A stretch of DNA of 64,000 bases from the NCBI GenBank assembly GCA_950097015.1, contig CATNEN010000038.1, positions 35,030,001 to 35,094,000 of the forward strand, given 5' to 3'. Origin of the DNA: Macrostomum hystrix (Eukaryota; Animalia; Platyhelminthes). The translations under genes were made by a program, and so were the position numbers. The notes under the pieces are model-generated. The model was not told the origin of the DNA. It searched no databases and saw only the letters and a program-made list of their open reading frames with translations. Positions 1-12,174 of the stretch are shown in pieces (the stretch's first letter is position 1; every line of letters begins with the position of its first letter).

Positions 1-134
1 GGTGCCAGCATTAGCTGGGGTAATTGAGAGTGGGCGTGGCGTTCCTCAGTCTATGGACTGAGCAACTGTACCTAGCCTTCAGATGTGCCGCCCAATAGCT
101 GCTCCAATTGGGGCAGGTGTAATCAATTATTATC
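1..134 (+). mobile_element. 3' part of tRNA-derived SINE family A (runs off window start)
   Basis: CCAGCATTAGCTGGG...GCCTTCAGATGTGCCG...CCAATTGGGGCAGGTGTAATC followed by an AAT-rich tail matches the reverse complement of 47585-47735 and the 3' end of the copy at 36248-36540. Confidence 0.75.
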
Positions 135-180
135 AAAAATTACATATTAGTCTATGCAAATAGGGACTGCTGATTTTAGG

Positions 181-1100
181 CTTCGGATCTCAACTAGGAA
201 TCTGGATGCTGATTGAGTAGGGATCTCAACTAGGAATCTGGATGCTGATTGATCAGTAGGGATCTCAACTAGGAATCTGTATGCTGATTGAGTAGGGATC
301 TCAACTAGGAATCTGTATGCTGATTGAGTAGGGATCTCAACTAGGAATCTGGATGCTGATTGATCAGTAGGGATCTCAACTAGGAATCTGTATGCTGATT
401 GAGTAGGGATCTCAACTAGGAATCTGGATGCTGATTGATCAGTAGGGATCTCAACTAGGAATCTGTATGCTGATTGAGTAGGGATCTCAACTAGGAATCT
501 GTATGCTGATTGAGTAGGGATCTCAACTAGGGATCTGGATGCTGATTGAGTAGGGATCTCAACTAGGAATCTGTATGCTGATTGAGTAGGGATCTCAACT
601 AGGGATCTGTATGCTGATTGAGTAGGGATCTCAACTAGGGATCTGGATGCTGATTGAGTAGGGATCTCAACTAGGGATCTGGATGCTGATTGAGTAGGGA
701 TCTCAACTAGGAATCTGTATGCTGATTGAGTAGGGATCTCAACTAGGAATCTGTATGCTGATTGAGTAGGGATCTCAGCTAGGAATCTGGATGCTGATTG
801 AGTAGGGATCTCAACTAGGGAGTCGGATGCTGATTGAGTAGGTATCTCAGCTAGGGATTCGGATGCTGATTGGGATGGGATCTCAGCTAAGGATCTGGAT
901 GCTGATTGGGTTGGGATCTCAGCTAGGGATTCGGATGCTGATTGGGATGGGATCTCAGCTAGGGATTTGGATGTTAAGTTGGGATCTTAGCCAGGGATCT
1001 GGATGCTAATTGTGTTGGGATCTTTGCTCGGGATCTAGATGCTATTTGGGTTGGGATCTCAGCTAGGGATCTGGATGCTGAGTGGGTTGGGATCCAAGCT
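181..1100. repeat. 36-bp minisatellite array (GGGATCTCAACTAGGAATCTGGATGCTGATTGAGTA), copy 1
   Basis: Direct tandem units with a 36-bp period; some units carry a 4-bp insertion; units degenerate at the right end. Confidence 0.95.
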
Positions 1101-1307
1101 TCTAATTTCTTGAGAATTGTAAATAAAACGAGACTGTATTTAGCAGCAAATAAAAAAGTAAAACTGCAAAATAATGGAAAACGAAGTAGGAAAAACTGGT
1201 TTAAAAGGTTTGTAATAATCAGCTGATTAAACGTGTACAAAAAACTTAAAATTAGCACAAGTTTAGCACCTTGAACAAACTAACTAACAAAAAAGCGAAA
1301 AAATAAA

Positions 1308-2212
1308 GTTGGGATCTCAACTAGGAATCTGGATGCTGATTGAGTAGGAATCTCAACTAGGAATCTGGATGCTGATTGAGTAGGGATCTCAACTAGGAAT
1401 CTGGATGCTGATTGAGTAGGGATCTCAACTAGGAATCTGGATGCTGATTGTAGGGATCTCAACTAGGAATCTGGATGCTGATTGAGTAGGGATCTCAACT
1501 AGGAATCTGGATGCTGATTGAGTAGGGATCTCAACTAGGAATCTGGATGCTGATTGAGTAGGGATCTCAACTAGGAATCTGGATGCTGATTGAGTAGGGA
1601 TCTCAACTAGGAATCTGGATGCTGATTGAGTAGGGATCTCAACTAGGGAGTCGGATGCTGATTGGGTTGGGATCTCAGCTAGGGAGTCGGATGCTGATTG
1701 GGTTGGGATCTCAGCTAGGGAGTCGGATGCTGATTGGGTTGGGATCTCAGCTAGGGAGTCGGATGCTAATTGGGTTGGGATCTCAGCTAGGAAGTCGGAT
1801 GCTGATTGGGTTGGGATCTCAGCTAGGGAGTCGGATGCTGATTGGGTTGGGATCTCAGCTAGGGAGTCGGATGCTGATTGGGTTGGGATCTCAGCTAGGG
1901 AGTCGGATGCTGATTGGGTTGGGATCTCAGCTAAGGATCTGGATGCTGATTGAGTTGGGATCTCAGCTAAGGATCTGGATGCTGATTGAGTTGGGATCTC
2001 AGCTAAGGATCTGGATGCTGATTGGGTTGGGATCTCAGCTAGGGATTCGGATGCTGATTGGGATGGGATCTCAGCTAGGGATTTGGATGTCAAGTTGGGA
2101 TCTCAGCCAGGGATCTGGATGCTTATTGTGTTGGGATCTTTGCTCGGGATCTAGATGCTATTTGGGTTGGGATCTCAGCTAGGGATCTGGATGCTGAGTG
2201 GGTTGGGATCCA
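1308..2212. repeat. 36-bp minisatellite array, copy 2
   Basis: Same unit as 181-1100; explains the 12-aa repeat ORFs at 1280-2182. Confidence 0.95.
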
Positions 2213-2959
2213 AGCTTCTAATTTCTTGAGAATTGTAAATAAAACGAGACTGTATTTACCAGCAAAGAAAAAAGGGAAAATGAAGTAGGAAAAACTGGTT
2301 TTAAAAGGTTTTTAATAGTCAACTGATTAAACGTGTACAAAAAAACTTATAATGCGCAGATGTTTAGCACCTTGAATAAACAATGAAGCCAAAAAAATGA
2401 GAAATTTAATACTCGTATTTAAATGACGAACAAAAAATGTAAAATCTGCTCAATTTGATACCGAATCCTACCCCCACAGAAAAACCCCAAGTTAGTAAAA
2501 ATCTAGAAAAATTTATATTTTAGCTAGCCAAACTGAGCATCGGACATACTCTCAGATTCAGATTTTCAACTAGACAACTAGGGGCAAGATTATGTTTAGT
2601 GACAGGATAAACATTCCTGCATCAATGTCTTCCAATTTTTAATAATCGAAACTTTCGGACTTTCTCATTAAACGATTCGGAGCATTAGGCAACATTGCAG
2701 CACAGATCGCTGCATCGATACGCGACTGCTTTATAGCTTAGCGTAGGTTGAAGAACACACTCTGGTTGATAAGCGCAGGTGCAATAGCGATCCAATTTGC
2801 AAGTTGAACAGCTAGGCCCATTGTAAAGTGAATATTGTAAACAGATTACAATTTGTGTAGCGTATTTTCAGTTTCGCATTTTGTTTTGCCATTATAAATT
2901 TCTCGTTTCCAAACCTCGGCATACGAATGAGGAAGCGGATAGGGACTAGAGGCAGATTT

Positions 2960-3793
2960 CTACTGCTGCTGCTTCTGCTGCAGTGGCATCGCTTGAGCGG
3001 GTTGCATCGGTTGCATTGGATAGGCCATTAAAGGCTGAGCAGAAGCAGCCGGCCCTGACCTAGCCAGAGCCATCATAGCGTGGTATCGGCGATAGCGCTT
3101 GAAGAGGCAGATACTCGTAGCAAACAAGCCGATAAGAAAGACAACAGAGCAAACAGTTATGATTAGATTGATTTTATCCGAGCTGGACAGGTAGCTAAAT
3201 GGCGCTGTGTCGCCAGCCAATTTGTAATAGCTGCAAGTGTCGGATCGTTCATCACTCTTATTGCCACACTTATAGCTGCCGTCGCAGAAATTTTCGCAAG
3301 GAATAATTTGTGACACATCAGAAGACTGGGCAACATCGCTATAAGTCTCGCTGCGCCAGTGCTGGCAGGTGCATCGGCACACTTTGCGAGTGTACCAATA
3401 CTCAGTCCAGATGGCGTTCTTGCAGGGAGTGCACAGATTGCACTGTGGCTCCATGTACTTTCCAGCGCTACTTGACTTAGCTGCAATGTGCCGCCTGTTG
3501 CACTGATTGCGCCATTCGCTGAAGCAGGACACCGCGATTGGTCGATTATAATAAGACGAGTTCAACAATATCCAAGCGCAATGAAATTCTTTGTTCTGCT
3601 TATGACACTCGTTCACGGCTATCGTTTCGGTGCGTTCCTTCGGGTGTAGCTTCCATAGTTCATTAGTAGCCTTTTTGGACGCATTTTGCATGACACTACC
3701 AGCGTACTCGTGCCATGATTGAGCAAGGCTGCCAGTTGTCAGGCATGTGAGTAATACAGTGAAAAATACGATTAGCTCCTGTTTATTTAGCAT
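2960..3793 (-). CDS. Cys-rich single-pass type I membrane protein with LDL-receptor class A-like module (277 aa), paralog 1
   Basis: Signal peptide MLNKQELIVFFTVLLTCLTTGSLA; 14-Cys ectodomain ending IPCENFCDGSYKCGNKSDERSDTC (LDLa-like CD..C...SDE..C); TM LIIITVCSVVFLIGLFATSICLF-like segment followed by a KRYRRY stop-transfer; Q/P-rich tail. A splice acceptor (TTTGATTTCAG) lies about 46 nt upstream of the ATG. Confidence 0.85.
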   Translation of the reverse strand: MLNKQELIVFFTVLLTCLTTGSLAQSWHEYAGSVMQNASKKATNELWKLHPKERTETIAVNECHKQNKEFHCAWILLNSSYYNRPIAVSCFSEWRNQCNRRHIAAKSSSAGKYMEPQCNLCTPCKNAIWTEYWYTRKVCRCTCQHWRSETYSDVAQSSDVSQIIPCENFCDGSYKCGNKSDERSDTCSYYKLAGDTAPFSYLSSSDKINLIITVCSVVFLIGLFATSICLFKRYRRYHAMMALARSGPAASAQPLMAYPMQPMQPAQAMPLQQKQQQ

Positions 3794-3942
3794 TGCAATC
3801 CTTATAGTAAGCAGTTGTTACCAAAGCAGTGAGCCCACCTGAAATCAAAGAGAGAGTTTCAATGTAACGAATTGAAATCTGAAATTTCTTCCTTGAAGAC
3901 GAAAATATGTTTGTGAATTCAAAAAATGCCTGTGTTATAAAC

Positions 3943-5171
3943 AAATCTGAGGACCAGGAAGGGCTGTGTGCGTTGGGAATGAATCTGAGGATCTGGAATG
4001 GCTGTGTGTGTTATAAACGAATCTGAGGATCTGGAATGGCTGTGTGTGTTGGGAATGAATCTGAGGATCTGGAGTGGCTGTGTGTTGGGAGTGAATCTGA
4101 GGATCTGGAATGGCTGTGTGTGTTGGGAATGAATCTGGGGATCTGGAATGGCTGTGTGTGTTGGGAATGAATCTGAGGATCTGGAATGGCTGTGTGTGTT
4201 GGGAATGAATCTGAGGATCTGGAATGGCTGTGTGTGTTGGGAGTGAATCTGAGGATCTGGAATGGCTGTGTGTGTTGGGAATGAATCTGAGGATCTGGAA
4301 TGGCTGTGTGCGTTGGGAATGAATCTGAGGATCTGGAATGGCTGTGTGTGTTGGGAATGAATCTGAGGATCTGGAATGGCTGTGTGTGTTGGGAATGAAT
4401 CTGAGGATCTGGAATGGCTGTGTGTGTTGGGAATGAATCTGAGGATCTGGAATGGCTGTGTGTGTTGGGAATGAATCTGAGGATCTGGAATGGCTGTGTG
4501 TGTTGGGAATGAATCTGAGGATCTGGAATGGCTGTGTGTGTTGGGAATGAATCTGAGGATCTGGAATGGCTGTGTGTGTTGGGAATGAATCTGAGGATCT
4601 GGAGTGGCTGTGTGTGTTGGGAATGAATCTGAGGATCTGGAATGGCTGTGTGTGTTGGGAATGAATCTGAGGATCTGGAATGGCTGTGTGTGTTGGGAAT
4701 GAATATGAGGATCTGGAATGGCTGTGTGTGTTGGGAATGAATCTGAGGATCTGGAAGGGCTGTGTGCGTTGGGAATGAATCTGAGGATCTGGAATGGCTG
4801 TGTGCGTTGGGAATGAATCTGAGGATCTGGAATGGCTCTGTGTGTTGGGAATGAATCTGAGGATCTGGAATGGCTGTGTGCGTTGGGAATGAATCTGAGG
4901 ATCTGGAATGGCTCTGTGTGTTGGGAATGCATCTGAGGATCTGGAATGGCTGTGTGTGTTGGGAATGAATCTGAGGATCTGGAAGGGCTGTGTGCGTTGG
5001 GAATGAATCTGAGGATCTGGAATGGCTGTGTGCGTTGGGAATGAATCTGTGGATCTGGAATGGCTGTGTGTGTTGGGAATGAATCTGAGGATCTGGAATG
5101 GCTGTGTGTGTTGGGAATGAATCTGTGGATCTGGAATGGCTGTGTGTGTTGGGAATGAATCTGAGGATCTA
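3943..5171. repeat. 38-bp minisatellite array (ATCTGAGGATCTGGAATGGCTGTGTGTGTTGGGAATGA)
   Basis: About 32 near-identical tandem units; lies just upstream of the splice acceptor of the 2960-3793 gene (5'UTR intron or outron). Confidence 0.95.
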
Positions 5172-5534
5172 GACTAGGTTCTGAAGAACTTGATGACAAA
5201 GTCGTATTTGCGAAATAAACAAATGCAAACTAAGTTTTTAAAACAGAAACTCTTTATATGTTGTTCGCAAAATTAGTCAATGTACTCGGAAATTGAAAAA
5301 GCGGAACAATTGATTAGCGACAAAATATGAAAAAGAACACGAAACAACATGTAAACAGAGCTATGAAGTTTACAAAAATCTACAAATTTTGCGACCGTGG
5401 AGCAGCCTTTATACTGTTCAAATGCCCATTGTAGTTATAGATTTCGCATATGCACGGCCCCAGAATATTGAATAGGAAAACAGTGCCAATGGCAAGTAAA
5501 AGCAGGCATATCTGAGTCGATTTGGGGTGGGGCT

Positions 5535-5663
5535 GTGTACAGCTGTTTAGTCCTGAGACTAAAGGTCAGAGGTCATAAAATGCGGTGAAACTAGCGACTC
5601 CCTAATGGTAGTAGTCTGAGTCGCACTGTTCCACGCTCCTCCGCTGCTGTTGTTTTGTCAGAC
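5535..5663 (-). pseudogene. Relic 3' end (last ~19 codons plus 3'UTR) of a third paralog of the Cys-rich membrane protein family
   Basis: Minus strand reads LTKQQQRRSVEQCDSDYYH* versus LTIVPESVEQCHSEHYH* of the 6510-7547 gene; the adjacent AGTCCTGAGACT..AAGGTCAGA.GTCATAAAA matches 6443-6510. Confidence 0.7.
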
Positions 5664-6509
5664 TCATTAATTTACTTTGTACTTAATAAACGCATACTTT
5701 TAGCTAATTGCGCCACGAACGCCGCTAGCTACTCTCAGTAGAGTAATTTGTTCAATATAAGTCATCACGACGGATAAAAATAATTAAAAATAATTTAAAT
5801 AATTTTAATTTTAGGAAATTGGCAGTTTAGAGTTTAGGGAATGAGCAGTTTATGGAATGAGCATTCATGCTAGATGTCATATACACATAATCATATGGAC
5901 GAAATAGGAAAATAATATTTTATTTTATTTACTCAAAAGTAAGAATTTTAGGAAGTAATTAGGAATTTAATCCTCGTACATTGGTGTCACAGCCAAATAA
6001 TTATCTCGCATAACATTGTATCATATCAACATAAAATAGAATACTATATTATGGCATTTTCTAGCATTAAAAAATAGGAATTCTACAGCAAAAAAACTAC
6101 AAGTTGTCCTTAATTGTCCTTGTGGCTCACAATTTATTTATTGTGTAAAAATGACAGCTCGAAAACCACAGGTCTGCGATCTGTACGCATGAAGTTCCGA
6201 AACATCGTAAAACTAAAAATGACAATAGGAGGAGTTCACTTATATGTTCCTCATTGTTTAATAAAATGCCACATTTTAGAATACTTCAGTCTTCATTTAA
6301 TATACGTCGTTTAAGCCAAGACTACGAGTATTATGTTGAATGACTAGATTTTAATTTACTATTTGTTGTACCATTGTGCAAAGACAGTAAGAAAAAAAGA
6401 CTAAAAACACTTGGGCCAAGTGTGCAGGTTGTGTCAGCTAGTCAGTCCTGAGACTCGAACCCCTGACATCAAGGTCAGAAGTCATAAAAAGCGGCGACAC
6501 TAGCATTCC

Positions 6510-7547
6510 CTAATGGTAATGTTCTGAGTGGCACTGTTCCACGCTCTCTGGCACAATCGTCAGCCTAAGGCAGGCGTCGGCATAGTCAGGAGGCGGCGGT
6601 AGGCCAGCATTATTATCGACTTGCTCATCATTTGCAGACGAAGACTCTGCCTGAAGTAGCAGGTGCTGCTGTTCGACAGCCTCATCGGTTAGTGGCATGG
6701 GTTGAGCTAAAGTTTCTTGCTGCTGATTAACAATTACTTCAGCCAATGGAGCTTTTCGCATTTTGATTACATGAGAAGTAAAAGTACATCGGCGCTCAGT
6801 CAGGGTTAAAATCGACACTATTGTCAGCCAGCAAATGAACAGGGCAGGAGCCAGATAACAGAAGAGGTAATATAGCACGCGCTGCCAAGGCCGGAGTATA
6901 ACAAACGACGGATTTCCCTTCTGCTTATAATAATTGCACAATACTCCGCGCTCGTCTGTAGAAAGATGCGATTCTTCTAAGCAGTCGTTGACAGTGTCGC
7001 AGAACTGATGACAAGGATACACTTGAATGCGAAGATCGCCAATAGCCTTCGGTTTAGAGAGGCCAATTGTTTCATAGGCGCATGTACAATAGCATACTAA
7101 TCGACAGGTGGGACAAGAGGACCAGTGGGTCTGGGCGCAAGGTGTACACAGCTCGCATCGGGTATCATTGCGATTCTCGCGAACCAGCGCTTTGCTAAGT
7201 CGCCAATTTGCATTGTTTTCTTTGATTTCGCGATTAGCATCGACGCCGGATGGACTGCGACGATTGCACTGACGGCGATATTCGCTAAAACAGGCCACAG
7301 ATACGGCCACGCCAGCTGAGTCTATCTGTACCCAAGCGCAGAAACTACTTTGGTCCCCAGGCATTTGGCAAAGATTAACAGCGGCTGCGATAGTTCGCTC
7401 ATTTACTGGCAGGCTGGCCAATTGAATATTCACTATGCTTGAGATTGTTGATTCGTCACTGGAGGCGTAGCTGTAGAATGGGCCACTGGAGCTGCTAGAT
7501 ACATGTACACATTTTAGCAGTAAAACAAACGCGACATATCGTAGCAT
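6510..7547 (-). CDS. Cys-rich single-pass type I membrane protein with LDLa-like module and cytoplasmic PPxY motif (345 aa), paralog 2
   Basis: Signal peptide; shares ERT, CAW, CFSExRxQCNRR, CxLCTPC, VCxCTC, PCxxFCD, DER and CxYYK with 2960-3793; TM LYYLFCYLAPALFICWLTIVSILTL; tail contains PPPPDY. Confidence 0.85.
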   Translation of the reverse strand: MLRYVAFVLLLKCVHVSSSSSGPFYSYASSDESTISSIVNIQLASLPVNERTIAAAVNLCQMPGDQSSFCAWVQIDSAGVAVSVACFSEYRRQCNRRSPSGVDANREIKENNANWRLSKALVRENRNDTRCELCTPCAQTHWSSCPTCRLVCYCTCAYETIGLSKPKAIGDLRIQVYPCHQFCDTVNDCLEESHLSTDERGVLCNYYKQKGNPSFVILRPWQRVLYYLFCYLAPALFICWLTIVSILTLTERRCTFTSHVIKMRKAPLAEVIVNQQQETLAQPMPLTDEAVEQQHLLLQAESSSANDEQVDNNAGLPPPPDYADACLRLTIVPESVEQCHSEHYH

Positions 7548-7647
7548 TGCTGAGCATTGAAAGTGTCGCTGAGGGCATAAAGTTAAAGAAAATTAATTAA
7601 TTATGCAACGAATTTAAAAATAAATACAATTTCCCGAAAATCCTTAA

Positions 7648-7745
7648 GGGTGATTAGCAGTGCCATAACGCGTTTGCGTCTCGCGTTAAGTCCCTGAGCT
7701 CGATTCCGCGGCCAGGCCACCCATATTCATTTGGGTAGCAGCCAA
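7648..7745 (+). mobile_element. 5' fragment of tRNA-derived SINE family B
   Basis: TAACGCGTTTGCGTCTCGC...GAGCTCGATTCCGCGGCCAGGCCAC aligns to 38441-38496; B-box-like GCTCGATTCC. Confidence 0.5.
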
Positions 7746-8776
7746 AAAAGACCAAAAAGACCAAAAATACCTTAAGCGTAAAAATACCACGGAGGTATTT
7801 TAATTACACAATTTTTTCTAAATCTCAAAATATTCAACTAATCGAACTGAATATCCAGAACACGGACCATCTGAGGAAACAACAACCAGAATCTGCTAAG
7901 CTTCTGCTAACAAAATTGCATCATGTAACAATGTCTGGTATTATTGTTAATTGTTTAACCAATATGGATTCCCTGTCTACATGGATTCCCTAGTTGTCCC
8001 TGTCACCAGGGTCTTCGACAAGAAATCGCTGAATATCTCGACAATTGGTTTTGGGAGCTATCGTGAAGTAGCTCGTAGAGAGTGGGAGAAAAATAGATAC
8101 TACTTTCTACTGTTAAGAAAAAAATCTCTTTAAGAGACTGCTGTAAACATTTGTTAGAAAAAAAGTTAAATCGACATTTTATTTATTTTAACCGAGACAA
8201 AAAGCATTCACGACGATTGATTTTATACGATGACTAAAAATAAAATGTGAATTTACGAAAAGTCGTTAATATGGTCAAACGGCACTGAGAATCGAGCACG
8301 GGTTCAATGGACTAACGGAAAGCTCGTTTTTTGTAAAGTCTACAGCAACAGAGCTTGCTAGATGAAAATTTAAACAGTTTGTAAAGCAGCACCACTTGCA
8401 CTGACACCAATGAACCCACGCATGTTTAAAAAGCGATGTGAAACATATAAAAGTACATGTTGATTTAAACTTCGCTTCTAGTATACATACTCATAGTAAA
8501 GAGTGTCATATGTGTGATCACATTTTTTGTCAAGAGGTTAGACTTTTTATGTACAAGTATACGGAATTACGGAAACTAAATAAAAAAACTTAGGAATAGA
8601 ATTTAATGAACGAAATGCTTGTTTTAGCATACTGCTAACAGAAACATATTCATAAATCAACGATTAAACAAAATTGCAATGGAGATTTCGCTCGATAAAC
8701 AAGAGTTAAACAGCTCCAAAAAAATTGTTCCAACAAAATTAGGACCTTAAATTGATATTTTTTCACGCAATTCGGA

Positions 8777-8916
8777 AGCCATTCAGACAACCAAACGCAA
8801 GCCATTCAGACAACCAAATGCAAGCCATTCAGACAACCAAATGCAAGCCATTCAGACAACCAAATGCAAGCCATTCAGACAACCAAATGCAAGCCATTCA
8901 GACAACCAAATGCAAG
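8777..8916. repeat. 23-bp minisatellite (CAAGCCATTCAGACAACCAAATG) x~6
   Basis: Direct tandem units; a 1.5-unit remnant recurs at 9161-9200. Confidence 0.9.
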
Positions 8917-9596
8917 ACAATTATGTTATATTGCTTTGCTTAGCCTTAGTAAGAGTGGCGAGATCGCACGCATTAGTCATTTAGCCAAACGTTTAAAATA
9001 CACTACGATCGATATTCCAACAAACGAGCAGCACAACCAACCAGACGCAAGAAAAGCACGTACATATCAGCCTAATCACAGTAGCGAATAATGAAAATAA
9101 CAACAGCTTTTTTCACTAAAACGGCCCTTTCAAGGGCCACCAATAGCACGATACAACACTTTCAGACAACCCAATGCAAGCCATTCAGACAATCAAATGC
9201 TTTTTTCAACCAGATGTCATCCGGGCACTAGGTTTTTGATTACCAAGCTAAATAAATTAGACTCAATCAGGGAAATAACTTGCCTTAGAGAAATTCTTTT
9301 AAAAAGCATTGTCAAAAAAGTGTGTAAAATCAAGCATGATTAAGGTGCTCCCAGGAACACAGACCGTAAAATAAAATCACTAGAAAAAATTTATGCAGTT
9401 TTGTATTCTTGGGAGCACCATTAAAAGTGTCAGTATGAGTTTCATGCAATGGCTTCTAGCACTACAAAAATCTAATGCAAAAAGTCAATGCAATAAAACT
9501 GTTGGTCGAGTGCTTTTAGATATAATACGAAAGTGAATGTACTTTGTATTTTGTGATTGTTCGTTTTCTTAAGACTACAAAAAGGCCTACTAATAG

Positions 9597-9980
9597 CTTG
9601 AAGGTGCCACAGCATTTAGATCTCGATAAGTGCCAGAATTGCGACGTCCTGGCTTGCGCAACCAAATCGAGCCTATGCCAGAGGCTGAGCCGTTCGGACT
9701 ATTCGCCACATCGCTTTTGACCATAGACACTGAAGAGGGAAGCGAATTGCACAGGAAGCTGCGAATGCTATAAATTGGACTGAGCTTCAGGAAGCTGAGC
9801 ACTGAGGACCACTGGGAGCTAGCAGCAGATAATGCAGTCGCAGATGACAGGGCAGGATCCATTTGGCTAGCTGTGAGATATTACAAAGAAGGCTTATTAG
9901 CAACTGGCCTGTCCTGCTTGTCCAGAGGCTCAATCTTCCACTTTAACCACAGTGATCAGAGTTACACAGTGAAATGCTGA
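9597..9980 (+). pseudogene. Possible degraded coding fragment of unknown origin
   Basis: GC-richer island in AT-rich DNA; one frame gives 128 codons interrupted by two TAA codons (LEGATAFRSR*VPELRRPG...LRML*IGLSFRK...SYTVKC*). No family recognised. Confidence 0.3.
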
Positions 9981-10555
9981 AATTAAATATCATCCTAAAT
10001 TAATACATCACTATTTCACATCTTGGCATGAGAAATACAATTTCCTTATTTTTCACTTTTCAATTTTTTTAATTAAAATCCTGATTGCATTGCATAATGC
10101 ATAACAAAATGGTGTAGATAATTCAACCAAGGTGGCATTATCCCCAAAAGTCAAGGGCAACTATCGAATGACATTAGATACTATGTATATATTGTTCAGA
10201 CTGTTAGGATTAATTCAGCGGTCATTCAGTGAAGAATATAAGTGTATTGTAGTGAATAATTATATTTATTATAGACCTTTATAACAACTTATAATGTCAT
10301 AGGCATAGCAATTATACAGACTTATTTAGTACTACATACAATGTCTCTTAAATTCAAGATGTATAATTTTAGTTAGCTAGCTAACCCATCCATTCATAGG
10401 CCTATGTATATAGCAATGACATGTCACAAATATTAAATATGGTCTAGAATAGAAAATTAGTATAGTAAAGAAGTATATTTCTATCTTTTTCTATTAGGTG
10501 TGTGTTTAAGGGGCTTTGTCACTTTTTTGTTCAGAACCATATAGAGAGTCAAAAC

Positions 10556-10836
10556 CATGCATGCGCAACACCCGGCCGACCCGGCCAAACCGGCCGGGTG
10601 AAACGAGGGCCAAGCAAAGTAAGTCGCAAAAACCAATCGACCAAGAGCCAAAAAATCAAAGGGGGGACCAAGGGACAAAAAAGGAAGGCGTGAAGAAAAG
10701 GAAAAAGGGGAGAGAAAAAGAGAGCAAATGAGAGCAAACTAAGTCGTAAATAGAGCAATGAAACGAACTAAGTCGCAAATGAGAGCAAAAACTAAGTCGC
10801 AAGGCCGGCTAAGATTTGGGAGGTTGCGCATGTATG
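10556..10836. mobile_element. Non-autonomous hAT-like MITE
   Basis: TIRs CATGCATGCGCAAC / GTTGCGCATGTATG (CA...TG ends); perfect 8-bp TSD GTCAAAAC at 10548-10555 and 10837-10844; internal AAGTCGCAAA repeats. Confidence 0.8.
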
Positions 10837-12174
10837 GTCAAAACCATATCTATAGACTTATTTCAATAGCTAAAAAATTATCTATAATTAGGATCCTGGA
10901 TTATGCTAGAAAATTTGTTGTACATTGGTGTTTTGACTGGCAAATTTGGTTGTATTGTCTGTGGCAGTGCTTATGAGCATGGTCCCATGCCAATATTGCC
11001 AAATTTTTCCACATGGATAAATACCAATGCCCCCCTTATCAACATGAAAATTAGCTGAAAAATGCCATTACATTATTCCATGTATGTATACTAGCCATGC
11101 CCACTTTTACAAACAAATTGATTTCAGTACCTTCATTGTTCAATTAGATAAAACATTTGGAAGGTTTACAATAAGGCTTATTGATTGAAAATATAATAAT
11201 AATAACATGTTTTAAACCAAATACCAATTAGAACAATTAAACCTATAGCTAAGACCATAGAGCATTTAGCACCATAGGTGTGTTTAAGTGACTAGAATGC
11301 ATTAAATTAAAATTAAATGGCATTTTAGTCTGCCATAGTGCCAATGATATCATTTTAAAATCAAAGTATAACAAATAAATTTGTTGTGCATTCTAGAAAT
11401 GAGCAAATGAAATAAAAAAGCATAGGCCTAATTAAAAAATGTAATTATAATTTTGTTTATAAGAAAATAAAAAGAAATAACAATATAGTCTTATGCTAAA
11501 TAGAGCTGACTTAATTGATATAGATCTGTGCCAATAATTCCCACTTTATCTATATGTCAACATTTTTAGAAATGTAGTTCAATAATATTAAAAGTAATGT
11601 TGGAGTAGAAGTGATTTGTCCACCTAAATTCATATGATACATGTATAGAAAAGGTGGACATTAGCACAGCTTGCATATGCATATACATTGTCACAACTAT
11701 GTACAATGTCAATGTTGACATATGGATAAGGTGGGCATTATTGGCACAGATCCATGTAGATACAGTCAGCACTATTTGCATAGGACCAAGTCAATAAGCA
11801 TTGCCTTTGTCTGTTGCCAGTGCAGTGTAGCCAGTTTGTTTGCCAAATGACTACAGACAAAATGTAGGAATCAATGTAACCACTGAAATAGACTGCAAGG
11901 GACAGCAACAGACTGCAATAGGAACATAATAGACTAGGTCCCTATGGTAAGACTAAGGAAATATTATTATATTTTATTTTAAAATATGGCTTAAGGAGCT
12001 CTGCTGATTTCTAATTTATATTTGTTTTTATTTACATTAATTTACAAAAGAAAAAAGAAAAAAAATTCTATAATTAGAGAAAAAGATTGCACACAAAGTC
12101 AAAGAGTAACAAGCTCAACTTTATTATTTCTTTTTTTGTCTTCATTTTTATACTTTTTAGCCTATACTTTAGAC

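Noticed and set aside
1425-5199. Long repetitive ORFs (222, 175 and 426 aa) as repeat proteins
   Set aside because: They are translations of stop-free minisatellite units; the 38-bp unit cycles through frames, and there is no coding context. The same applies to ORFs at 27289, 32386-32897, 33424-33909, 44202-46337, 56133-56951 and 61957-62319.
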